Origin: an uncultured Gemmatimonadales bacterium
GTDB taxonomy: Bacteria > Gemmatimonadota > Gemmatimonadetes > Gemmatimonadales > GWC2-71-9
Direction of reading: 5' to 3'
DNA: 64,000 nucleotides
Assembly (NCBI GenBank): GCA_963825055.1
Contig: CAWGSK010000012.1
Span: 128,001-192,000, forward strand
In this document: positions 9,411-18,378 of the stretch, in pieces
Position numbering within the stretch: position 1 is the stretch's first letter
Layout: every line of letters starts with the position of its first letter
The notes under the pieces: model-generated
The model's database searches: none
Told to the model about the DNA's origin: nothing
The model's input: the letters and a program-made list of their open reading frames with translations, nothing else
Translations under genes and position numbers: made by a program

Positions 9411-11176
9411 CAATCACTCCCCTCTTCACCACCCCCGCCCAGCTCCTCCTCCAGCGCCTGACGCCGCAGCAACTGCCAGTACCGGCCCTCCCGCGCCAGC
9501 AGCCCGGCGTGCGTTCCTCTCTCCACCACGCGGCCGCCATCCAGCACCAGGATCTCGTTCGCGAGCCGCACCGCCGCCATGCGATGGCTCACGATCAGGC
9601 TGGTGCGCCGGGCAAGGGCGTCCCGCAGCCCGCGCAGAATCCGCGTCTCGGTATTGGCGTCCACGGCGCTCAGAGCGTCGTCCAGGATGAATACCGGCGG
9701 ATCCTTCGCGAGCGCGCGGGCGATGCTCGCGCGCTGTTTCTGGCCCCCGGAGAGGTTGATGCCGCGCTCACCCAGCATCGTGTCTACGCCGTGCGGCAGG
9801 GACGGGATCGCCTCCGCCAGTTGCGCGGTTTCGAGCGCGGCCTCCAGGCGCCCGTCGTCCGGATTCCCGAAGAGGATGTTCCCGCGGAGCGTGTCACTGA
9901 ACAGGAACGTCTCCTGCGGGACGAAGCCCACTTCCTCTCGCAACTCGGCCAGGGACAGGTCCCGGATATCCACACCGTCGAGCAGGATCCGGCCGCGATC
10001 GGGATCGTAGGTGCGCACCAGGAGGTCCGCGAGGGTCGACTTACCCGATCCGGTCGGCCCGACCACCGCCAGCGAGGCGCCGGCCGGGAGGTCGAAGCTC
10101 ACGTCCTGCAGGACCCAGCCCCGGTCCCGGGCGTTGGGATACTGGAACCAGACCCCCTCGCAGGTGAGCCGCCGGCCGCCCGGGGCGGACGGCAGCCGTG
10201 CGGGCTGCGCCGGGCTCACGATGGCGGGCACCTCCTCCAGCAGGGCGTTGACGCGCCCCATGCTGGCCGCCCCGCGCTGCACCAGGTTCACCACCCAGCC
10301 CAGCGCGATCATGGGCCAGACCAGCGTCATGAGGTACACCCCGAACGCCACGAACTGGCCCGGCGTGACCGTGCCGGCGATCACCAGCCTGCCGCCCACG
10401 TACAGCACGGTGACGGCGCCCAGGCCGCCAAGGAACGCCATGATCGGATGGAAAGAGCCGGCGACCCGCGCCAGTGCCATGTTGCGAGTGGCATACCCTT
10501 CGTTCAGGCGGCTAAATTCTTCGAGTTCGGCCCGTTCCTGCCGGTAGGCGCGGACTACGCGCACCCCGGACAGGTTTTCGTGGACAAAGTCGCTGAGGGT
10601 GCTGAACTGGTTCTGGATGTCCAGCGTCCGGTGGTGGATGGCACTGCCGAACCACGTCATCGCCACGGGGAGGCCGATGAGCGGCAGGAGGCTCAGGCCG
10701 GTCAGGCGCGGACTGATGCCGAGCATGTACGGCAGGACGAGCATGGTCCGGGTGATCGTATCCACGAGGTACATGACCGCGGGCCCGACCACCATCCGCA
10801 CCGCGAGCAGGTCGTTGGTGCTGCGGGCCATGAGGTCGCCGGTCGTGGACCGGTCGTAGAATGAGGCCGAGAGGCCCTGCAGGTGGCGGTACAGCGTATT
10901 GCGAAGGTCGAACTCGATCCGGCGGCTGCCGCCGTTCAGGAGCTCGCGCATGCCGAACCGGGCGAATCCGCCCAGGAGGGCTACGCCGAGCAGCAGGCCG
11001 ATGGCTCGCAGGACCACGGCAAAGGGCTCGTGGCGGTCCAGGGCGTCAATGCCCTGCTGGATGAACCGCGGGCCGAGTGTCAGGAAGGTGTTGGAGACCA
11101 CGATCAGCGCAATGCCGGCGGCATAGATGCCGCGGTAGGCGCGAAGGCAGGGCAGCAGAGTACGCAGGGATCGCAT
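9410..11176 (-). CDS. ABC exporter, fused permease/ATPase (MdlA/YheI-like)
   Basis: TM domain; Walker A GPTGSGKS; signature LSGGQKQR; Walker B ILDDALSAVD. Confidence 0.93.
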   Translation of the reverse strand: MRSLRTLLPCLRAYRGIYAAGIALIVVSNTFLTLGPRFIQQGIDALDRHEPFAVVLRAIGLLLGVALLGGFARFGMRELLNGGSRRIEFDLRNTLYRHLQGLSASFYDRSTTGDLMARSTNDLLAVRMVVGPAVMYLVDTITRTMLVLPYMLGISPRLTGLSLLPLIGLPVAMTWFGSAIHHRTLDIQNQFSTLSDFVHENLSGVRVVRAYRQERAELEEFSRLNEGYATRNMALARVAGSFHPIMAFLGGLGAVTVLYVGGRLVIAGTVTPGQFVAFGVYLMTLVWPMIALGWVVNLVQRGAASMGRVNALLEEVPAIVSPAQPARLPSAPGGRRLTCEGVWFQYPNARDRGWVLQDVSFDLPAGASLAVVGPTGSGKSTLADLLVRTYDPDRGRILLDGVDIRDLSLAELREEVGFVPQETFLFSDTLRGNILFGNPDDGRLEAALETAQLAEAIPSLPHGVDTMLGERGINLSGGQKQRASIARALAKDPPVFILDDALSAVDANTETRILRGLRDALARRTSLIVSHRMAAVRLANEILVLDGGRVVERGTHAGLLAREGRYWQLLRRQALEEELGGGGEEGSD

Positions 11177-11236
11177 GGCCGACACAATGTCATCGCGTCG
11201 GCGCGGTCCGGCAAGTTCACTTCATGGGAGGACTCG

Positions 11237-12061
11237 ATGTCCAGAACGATTCTGATGACCGTGGCCCTCGTGGCCGCCCTGGGCTGTGGAGGGGGTGACC
11301 GCACGGACACCGCCGTGGCGGACAGCCTCAATCGCGACCTGCAGCTGGCCCCGGTCGACACAACGGCCGTCATGAATGACCAGCCGTCGACCGAGCCGGC
11401 GCCGGCGGAGACGCCGGTGGCGCAGAAGCCGGCCCCGCGCCAGGTAACCCCGACGCAGCAACCGCCTGCGGCAAAGCCGGCGCCGGCGAAGCAGACTCCT
11501 GCGCCCGTCCCGACCCCGGCCGTAGCGCCGGCACCGCTGACACTCCCGTCAGGTACGGTGATCCGGGCAAGCGTGGACGACAGCCTCAACTCACGGACCG
11601 ACCAGCCGGGCCAGACGCTGACCGCCACGATCGGCGCCGACGTGAAGGACGGCAACGGCCGCACCATCATCCCGGCCGGAAGCACCATCAACCTCGCCGT
11701 CAGCGAACTCAAGGCGGCGCCGAACAAGAGTTCCGAAGGCACGCTCGTCCTGACGGTGTCCAGCATTACCGCCAACGGACAGACCTACCCGGTGAGCGCG
11801 TCCATCGACTCGGTGGAGCATTACCTGAAAGGCCGTGGAGTCGGGACGAGCGAGGCGGCCAAGGTGGGGGCCGGGGCCGTGGCCGGCGCGATCGCCGGGC
11901 GGATCATCGGCGGGAAGAAGGGAACCGTCATCGGCGGCGTCGTCGGTGCCGCCGCGGGGACCGGCGTCGCTGTCGAGACGGCAGACCGGGACGTGGTCGT
12001 CCCTGCTGGAGCCAGGCTGGTAATCCGGCTCGACCGGGAGATGAGCGTCAGTGACAGTTGA
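11237..12061 (+). CDS. Lipoprotein with Pro-rich linker, beta domain and glycine zipper (paralog 1)
   Basis: GGGAGG RBS; lipobox ALGC; glycine zipper GAGAVAGAIAG...GGVVGAAAG. Confidence 0.8.
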   Translation: MSRTILMTVALVAALGCGGGDRTDTAVADSLNRDLQLAPVDTTAVMNDQPSTEPAPAETPVAQKPAPRQVTPTQQPPAAKPAPAKQTPAPVPTPAVAPAPLTLPSGTVIRASVDDSLNSRTDQPGQTLTATIGADVKDGNGRTIIPAGSTINLAVSELKAAPNKSSEGTLVLTVSSITANGQTYPVSASIDSVEHYLKGRGVGTSEAAKVGAGAVAGAIAGRIIGGKKGTVIGGVVGAAAGTGVAVETADRDVVVPAGARLVIRLDREMSVSDS

Positions 12062-12258
12062 ACCAGGGCTGGTGCGCGTTGCAAGTCGGAACGCCACTGT
12101 GCGCGGGATCACATGCTGGGAGGCGTCCCGCGGGCCATATTGAGAGTGACTTGATTTCCCCGGCCGGTGAGCGGCGGACGTGATGGCGGACCATGCTGTA
12201 CCAGCCGTCACGATGTCGCGCGCCGGGCGGGGCTCGTTCACCTACAGGAGGCAACTGG

Positions 12259-12993
12259 ATGTCCAGAACACTGATGGTACTACTCGCCGGAGTCCTGGCG
12301 GTAGGATGTGGAAAAGGGGATGCCGCCGATCAGGCCGCGGCGGACAGCCTTGATCGTGACCTGCAGATGGCCCCGGTTGACACGAGCGCAACCCTGAGCG
12401 ACCAGGCGACGGCACAGACGCCGGCGCAGAGCAGTCCGCGCGCCGCCACCAGCACGCCGCGTGCGAGTGGCGCGACCCTCTCGGCCGGAACCGCGTTCGC
12501 CGTGACGGCGGCCGAGGAGATTTCCTCCGGGCAGAACAAGGCGGGCGAGACCTTCACCACCACGGTCACCTCCGATGTGAAAAACAGCAAGGGCGTGGTG
12601 GTGATTCCGGCGGGCTCCACGGTCAACCTCACCATCTCGCAGATCGAGGGCGCAAGCAACAAGAGCTCCGTCGGCAAGATCGTGCTGATCCCTTCGACCG
12701 TGATGGTCGGCGGCAAGAGCTACACGCTCGGCGCGTCCATCGACTCGGTGGACCACCAGCTCAAGAGCGGTGGCGTGAGCGCGGGTGATGCCGCCAAGGT
12801 CGGCGCCGGCGCGGCCGCCGGCGCGATCGCCGGCCGCGTGATCAGCGGCAACAGCAAGGGCGCCATCATCGGTGGCGTCGTAGGCGCCGCGGTCGGTACG
12901 GGCGTGGCCATCGAGACGAAGAACCGCGAAGTCGTGGTTCCCGTCGGCTCCCGCATCGTCCTCACGCTGACCCAGGACCTGACGGTCACCTGA
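12259..12993 (+). CDS. Lipoprotein with glycine zipper (paralog 2)
   Basis: AGGAGG RBS; lipobox AVGC; shares ADSL.RDLQ.APVDT and ASIDSV.H.LK with paralog 1. Confidence 0.8.
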   Translation: MSRTLMVLLAGVLAVGCGKGDAADQAAADSLDRDLQMAPVDTSATLSDQATAQTPAQSSPRAATSTPRASGATLSAGTAFAVTAAEEISSGQNKAGETFTTTVTSDVKNSKGVVVIPAGSTVNLTISQIEGASNKSSVGKIVLIPSTVMVGGKSYTLGASIDSVDHQLKSGGVSAGDAAKVGAGAAAGAIAGRVISGNSKGAIIGGVVGAAVGTGVAIETKNREVVVPVGSRIVLTLTQDLTVT

Positions 12994-13011
12994 CCGATCC
13001 CTGGTTCCGGC

Positions 13012-13052
13012 AGAAAACGGCGGGGAGACCATCGGTCTCCCCGCCGTTTTCT
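13012..13052. terminator. Bidirectional intrinsic terminator
   Basis: Perfect inverted repeat AGAAAACGGCGGGGAGACC-ATC-GGTCTCCCCGCCGTTTTCT between convergent genes. Confidence 0.85.
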
Positions 13053-13069
13053 CATGGCCGCGAACGCCC

Positions 13070-14797
13070 TCAGTACCCCGCGCCGCCCCCGCCGTAGCGC
13101 GGGTCCGTCACGCCCTCCCAGCCGGATGGGGTACGGATGATCGCTTCCACATCGCCCCACCCGGAGCGGAATGTCAATTCGTGCCCCATCGTCCGGAGTG
13201 CCGCCAGCACACCAGGCTTGAATCCGCTGCGTTCCAGCCGGTACTCGTCCGGCAGCCCCTGATGATGTGTGCGGGGGGCCGCGACCGCGTCAGGCAGGGA
13301 CATCCCGTGGTCGATCACATTGGAGATCACATGATAGACCTGGGTGATGATAGTCGGGCCGCCGGGTGTGCCCAGGACGAGAAACAGCTGGTGCTGCGGG
13401 TCCATCACGATGCTGGGGGTCATCGCGGAGAGCATCCGCTTACCCGGGGCGATCGCATTGGCCTCGCCCTGGACCAGTCCGTAGATATTGGGCTTGCCCG
13501 GCGCCGAGGCGAAGTCGTCCATTTCATCGTTCAACAGAAAGCCCGCCCCGGACACGGTCACCGCGCTGCCGTAGCTGTTGTTCAGCGTCGTCGTGCAGCT
13601 CACGGCGTTGCCCTCGGCGTCCACCACCGAGTAGTGCGTGGTCGAGTTGCCGTCCCGCAGCGAGGGATCGAACACCGGCGTGCGGGTGGCATGATTGGGG
13701 TCGATGGTCGTGCGCAGGGAGTCGGCGTGCGCCTTCGACAGCAGCCACTCGATCGGCATGTCGACGAAGTCCGGGTCGCCAAGGTACACGTTGCGGTCGG
13801 TGAAGGCCCGGCGCATCGCTTCCGCTTCGCGGTGCAGCAGCGCGGCCGAACCGAACGGGGGCAGGGGATCGTAGCCTTGCATGATGTTCAGGATTTCGCC
13901 GAGCGTCACGCCGCCGCTCGACGCCGGCGGCATGCTGTAGACCGTGTAGCCCCGGTAGTCGATCCGGACAGGCGTGCGCCACAGGGCCTGGTAGGCCTCG
14001 AGGTCCGCGTGCGAAATCAGCCCCCCCGAGCGTTCCATCTCCGCGACGATCAGGTCGGCCACCCGGCCCCGGTAGAACCCGTCCCGGCCGTGGTCACGGA
14101 TGTCCTCCAGGGTGTGTCCCAGGTCCCGCTGCACGAACCGGCTGCCGACCTCCGGCGGCCGGCCGTTCGGGAGGAACGCCTCCCGGCTGCCCTGGAACAG
14201 GTAGAGCCTGTCCCAGTGGTTGCCGATCGAGCGGCTCCGGTGGCGGTCCACGATGAACCCCTCGTTCGCGAGCCGGATGGCGGGGGCCATGACGTCGGTG
14301 AGCGGAAGCCGCCCGAACCGGCGGTGGGCCTCGAGCATCCCGGCCACCGAGCCCGGCACGCCGGCCGCCAGCGCGCCGGTCTGGCTCAGTTCGCTTGGAT
14401 CGCCGTCCTGGTCGAGGTACATGTCACGCGTCGCCCGGCCGGCTGCCTTCTCCCGGTAGTCGAGGGCATGGACGGAATCATCGCCCATCCGGATGATCAT
14501 GAATCCGCCGCCCCCGATGTTGCCGGCTTCGGGATGGACCACCGCGAGCGCCATCCCGACCGCCACGGCCGCGTCCACCGCATTCCCGCCCTGCTGGAGG
14601 ATGTCGCGTCCGACCGCGCTGGCGATCGGGCTGCCCGAGACCACCATGGCCCGGCGGCCCTCGGCGACCCTGGCCTTGCCGAGCATGGGCCATTCGGAAT
14701 TGACGCCGGCAGGTGTAGCCGGGGCCGGAGACCCGGCCGGGGCGCCGCATGCCGCGAGGATGGCGGCCAGCAGCAGTGGAAGGGCGGGACGATGCAT
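13070..14797 (-). CDS. ggt: Gamma-glutamyltransferase (lipoprotein)
   Basis: GGNAVDAAVA, GNIGGGGF, autocleavage nucleophile STTHYSVVD, LNDEMDDF, GTPGG; lipobox LAAC. Confidence 0.95.
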   Translation of the reverse strand: MHRPALPLLLAAILAACGAPAGSPAPATPAGVNSEWPMLGKARVAEGRRAMVVSGSPIASAVGRDILQQGGNAVDAAVAVGMALAVVHPEAGNIGGGGFMIIRMGDDSVHALDYREKAAGRATRDMYLDQDGDPSELSQTGALAAGVPGSVAGMLEAHRRFGRLPLTDVMAPAIRLANEGFIVDRHRSRSIGNHWDRLYLFQGSREAFLPNGRPPEVGSRFVQRDLGHTLEDIRDHGRDGFYRGRVADLIVAEMERSGGLISHADLEAYQALWRTPVRIDYRGYTVYSMPPASSGGVTLGEILNIMQGYDPLPPFGSAALLHREAEAMRRAFTDRNVYLGDPDFVDMPIEWLLSKAHADSLRTTIDPNHATRTPVFDPSLRDGNSTTHYSVVDAEGNAVSCTTTLNNSYGSAVTVSGAGFLLNDEMDDFASAPGKPNIYGLVQGEANAIAPGKRMLSAMTPSIVMDPQHQLFLVLGTPGGPTIITQVYHVISNVIDHGMSLPDAVAAPRTHHQGLPDEYRLERSGFKPGVLAALRTMGHELTFRSGWGDVEAIIRTPSGWEGVTDPRYGGGGAGY

Positions 14798-14933
14798 CAG
14801 CACCTCGCAGGCTGGGAACGAAGGGATCCGCGGCGGTTGCCCCCCGCGCGCGACCGGCCCTAATTTAGCCCGGTCACGCGGGGGACGCAGTCTGGTTCCC
14901 CGCCGTCTCGCCGCATCTCGATTCCCGGACAGC

Positions 14934-15854
14934 ATGAACGACTTCCACGATGCCCGCCTGACGGAACAGCGTAATCCCCGTACGCGCGACATCGACCGCG
15001 CGGAGGCCCTGGAGATCGTGGACCTCCTGAACGCCGAGGATGCCACCGTCCCGGCCGCCGTGGCCGGGGCCAGGGAGGCACTTGCCCGCGCGATCACGCT
15101 CATCGAGCAGGCGCTCAGCTCCGGCGGCCGGCTGCTCTATGTCGGTGCCGGCACGAGCGGCCGGCTGGGCGTACTGGACGCGTCGGAGTGCCCCCCGACC
15201 TTCCGCACCGATCCTTCCCAGGTGGTGGGCATCATCGCCGGGGGGTATCCCGCGCTGGTGAGGCCTGCTGAGGGCGCGGAGGATGACCTGAACGCAGGCA
15301 TTGCGGCCATGGACGGCCATCACGTTGCCGGGACGGACGTCGTGGTCGGGATCGCCGCGAGCGGCACCACGCCGTACGTCCGCGCGGCACTGGGCCGGGC
15401 GCAGGCGCTCGGCGCCCGCACGGTCATCGTGTCATGCAGTCCACCGCCGGCCACGCTGCTGGAGACGTGCGACGTTGCCATCACGGTGCCGGTTGGTCCC
15501 GAGGCGGTCACGGGGTCCACGCGAATGAAGGCGGGCACGGCCACCAAGCTGGTCCTGAACACGCTGACCACCGGCGCCATGATCCGCCTGGGCAAGGTGT
15601 ATGGCAACCTGATGGTGGACCTGCAGGCCTGGAGCGAGAAACTGGTGGACCGCGGCGAGCGCATCGTGATGGAGACCGCCGGTGTCTCCCGCGAGAGGGC
15701 TCGGGCGGTAATCGGGGAGGCAGGCGGGGCGGTGAAGGTCGCCATCGTCATGGCGCGGCTGGACGTGAGCCGGGCCGAGGCGGAAGGCCGGCTGTCGGCG
15801 TACGGGGGCCGCCTGCGTCCCGTGATCGGTGACCCGCCGCCGGTGCGTGAATGA
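14934..15854 (+). CDS. murQ: N-acetylmuramic acid 6-phosphate etherase
   Basis: TEQRNP, GAGTSGRLGVLDASECPPTF, GPEAVTGSTRMKAGTATK. Confidence 0.96.
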   Translation: MNDFHDARLTEQRNPRTRDIDRAEALEIVDLLNAEDATVPAAVAGAREALARAITLIEQALSSGGRLLYVGAGTSGRLGVLDASECPPTFRTDPSQVVGIIAGGYPALVRPAEGAEDDLNAGIAAMDGHHVAGTDVVVGIAASGTTPYVRAALGRAQALGARTVIVSCSPPPATLLETCDVAITVPVGPEAVTGSTRMKAGTATKLVLNTLTTGAMIRLGKVYGNLMVDLQAWSEKLVDRGERIVMETAGVSRERARAVIGEAGGAVKVAIVMARLDVSRAEAEGRLSAYGGRLRPVIGDPPPVRE

Positions 15855-16957
15855 CTCCGCAGCCCACGCTCGGCATCGGCCTCATGTCCGGCACTTCGCT
15901 CGACGGGGTGGACGCGGCGCTGGTGCGGATCACGGGAACCGCCGGGGTGGAACTTGCCCGGTTCGCGTTCCGCCCCTACGCCCATACGGAGCGGGACGAG
16001 ATCCTGCGCGCGATCGCCGGTGGGCCTGCGCCTGAGCTGGCCCGGCTGCACGTGCACCTCGCCGAGTGGGCGGCGCAGGCGGTGGACATCGTCCTCGCCG
16101 AGGCGAAGGTGCGGCCCACCCAGCTCGGGTTCATCGCCTTCCCCGGGCAGACGGTCTGGCACGAGCCGCCGCGGGTGACGTGGCAGCTGGGGGAGCCGGC
16201 AGTGCTCGCCGAACGGTTTGGGGTGCGGATCGTGAGCGGCTTCCGCGCGCGGGACGTGGCGGCGGGGGGGCAGGGTGCTCCACTCGTCCCGATGGCGGAC
16301 GTGCTGCTGTTCGGCGCGGAGGACCATCCACGGGTCCTCCTCAACCTCGGCGGGATGAGCAACCTCACCTACGTCGAGCGGCGAGGCCGGCTCGAGCACG
16401 CGCTTGCATTCGACGCGGGGCCCGGGGTGGCGGTCATCGACGAGGTCGCCCGCCTGGTCGATCCTGAGCTTCCCTATGACCGGGATGGCCGGCTCGCCCG
16501 CCAGGGGAGCGTGGCGGAGGATGTCCTCGAACAGCTCCTGGCCGATCCGTTCTTCCGCGCTCCGCCTCCCAAGAGCACCGGTCGGGAACGCTTCGGGCAC
16601 TACTATGCCCGCCAGCTGCATGAGCGGGTGCCCGGGCCCGACGGGGTCGCCACTGCGGTCGAGCTGACCGCACGAAGCGTGACCGCCGCCGCGCAGCAGT
16701 GGCTTCCCGAGGCCCCCGAGCTTGTCGTCAGCGGCGGGGGCCGGCACCATCCCGTCCTGATGGAAGCCATCGCCGCCGGGCTGGGAGCGGGAATGCGCCT
16801 CCGCCGGTTCGACGACCTCTTTTTCGACGGGGACGCGAAGGAAGCGGTGGCCTTCGCCTTCCTCGCGCACCTCATGCTGACCGGCCAGCCCGGCAACCTG
16901 CCGGCGGCCACTGGCGCGCGCGGCTTCCGCATCCTGGGCTCGGTGACGCCGCCGTGA
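15851..16957 (+). CDS. anmK: Anhydro-N-acetylmuramic acid kinase
   Basis: IGLMSGTSLDGVD, GGQGAPLVP, NLGGMSN, PPKSTGRERF, KEAVAFA. Confidence 0.95.
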   Translation: MTPQPTLGIGLMSGTSLDGVDAALVRITGTAGVELARFAFRPYAHTERDEILRAIAGGPAPELARLHVHLAEWAAQAVDIVLAEAKVRPTQLGFIAFPGQTVWHEPPRVTWQLGEPAVLAERFGVRIVSGFRARDVAAGGQGAPLVPMADVLLFGAEDHPRVLLNLGGMSNLTYVERRGRLEHALAFDAGPGVAVIDEVARLVDPELPYDRDGRLARQGSVAEDVLEQLLADPFFRAPPPKSTGRERFGHYYARQLHERVPGPDGVATAVELTARSVTAAAQQWLPEAPELVVSGGGRHHPVLMEAIAAGLGAGMRLRRFDDLFFDGDAKEAVAFAFLAHLMLTGQPGNLPAATGARGFRILGSVTPP

Positions 16958-18378
16958 ATCCCGCCAGGCTGGTTCTCCCGCCGCTCCGCTGGCGCGCCGA
17001 GGGCGGCTTCACGCACGAGACCGGCACGATCAGCACCGGCCTCCGGCTCGGGGTCGGCGGTTTCATCATCTTCGGCGGGACCGTCGAAGAGGTTTCGGCG
17101 CTCACCGCAGACCTCCGCGAGCGGGCCGGTCGCGGACTGCTGATCGCCGCCGACCTGGAACGTGGCGCAGGCCAGCAGGTGCGTGGCCTGACCGAGATCC
17201 CGCCACCTGGCGCGCTTGCCACGCTCGACGACGCCGAGACGGTCTCGACTGCGGCCGGAGCCCTCACCGCGGCGGAGGCGCGGAAAGTCGGGATCAACTG
17301 GGTGCTGGCCCCCGTAGCCGACCTGGACATCGAGCCCGCCAACCCCATCGTGCAGTCGCGTTCGTTCGGCGGGGACCCTGCGCCCGTTGCCGGCCTGGTG
17401 GCCGCATGGGTGCGGGGGTGCCAGGGGAACGGCGCCCTCGCCTGCGTGAAACATTATCCGGGTCACGGCCGCACCCGGACCGATTCCCATGCGGGACTTC
17501 CCGTGGTTGACGCACCGGCAGCGGCACTGCACCAGGCCGACCTCACCCCCTTCACCGCGGCATTGCGGGCCCAGGTGGGCGCCGTCATGAGCGCGCACGT
17601 CGCATACCCCGCGCTGGACCCGTCCGGCCTCCCGGCCACGATGTCCCCGGCCATCCTCGGCGAGCTGCGCCACGCGCACGGTTTCGACGGCCTCATCGTC
17701 ACCGACGCGATGAACATGGCGGGCGCCACGCGCGAGGGCGGTCCGGGGGCGGCCGCGGTGGCCGCCATCCGCGCCGGATGCGACATCCTGCTCTATCCGG
17801 GCGACCAGGAGGAGACGGTGGACGCCCTCAACCGCGCGCTCGCCTCGGGCGATCTGGATGAGCGACTGGTCTGGAGTGCCGTGCAGCGCGTCGAACGGAC
17901 GGTGGCCCGGATTGCGCGAATGGCGCCTCCCCTCCCCGGCAACGCGGACCTTCCTCGCACGTGGGCTGACCAGCTGGTGGATAGCGGCGTCGTCCGGGGG
18001 CCGCTTCCGTCGCTCCGTGGCGATCGGCCACTCGGCCTCGACATCGTGGATGACGACATCGGCGGGCCGTTCCCTCCCGGTCCGTCGGACTGGGTGAGCC
18101 GGACCCTGGCGGGGCGGGGCGCCAGCCTCGGGGAGGGTGGTGATCGCGTTCTCCTTGCCTTCGCCGAGCCCCGCGGGTGGAAGGGGCGTCCGGGCTTCTC
18201 TTCCGCCAGCCGCGCCCGGCTGGCAACGCTCGCGCCCGAGAGTCGGTTGATCGTCCTGTTCGGCCATCCGCGGCTGGTGGATGAACTGCCAGGGGACGTG
18301 CCGGTCCTGGTGGCGTGGCACCGGCAGCGGCTCATGCAGGAAGCCGTCGCCCGGCGCCTGGAGCAGCTGGGCGCGTGA
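16954..18378 (+). CDS. nagZ: GH3 beta-N-acetylglucosaminidase (NagZ-like)
   Basis: ADLERG, RSFG, KHYPGHG....DSH catalytic motif, TDAMNM; operon context. Confidence 0.85.
   Translation: MNPARLVLPPLRWRAEGGFTHETGTISTGLRLGVGGFIIFGGTVEEVSALTADLRERAGRGLLIAADLERGAGQQVRGLTEIPPPGALATLDDAETVSTAAGALTAAEARKVGINWVLAPVADLDIEPANPIVQSRSFGGDPAPVAGLVAAWVRGCQGNGALACVKHYPGHGRTRTDSHAGLPVVDAPAAALHQADLTPFTAALRAQVGAVMSAHVAYPALDPSGLPATMSPAILGELRHAHGFDGLIVTDAMNMAGATREGGPGAAAVAAIRAGCDILLYPGDQEETVDALNRALASGDLDERLVWSAVQRVERTVARIARMAPPLPGNADLPRTWADQLVDSGVVRGPLPSLRGDRPLGLDIVDDDIGGPFPPGPSDWVSRTLAGRGASLGEGGDRVLLAFAEPRGWKGRPGFSSASRARLATLAPESRLIVLFGHPRLVDELPGDVPVLVAWHRQRLMQEAVARRLEQLGA

Noticed and set aside
12069..12085. Sigma54 promoter (TGGTGC...TTGCA) before lipoprotein 2
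   Set aside because: Only 8 nt between GG and GC; the -24/-12 geometry needs 10
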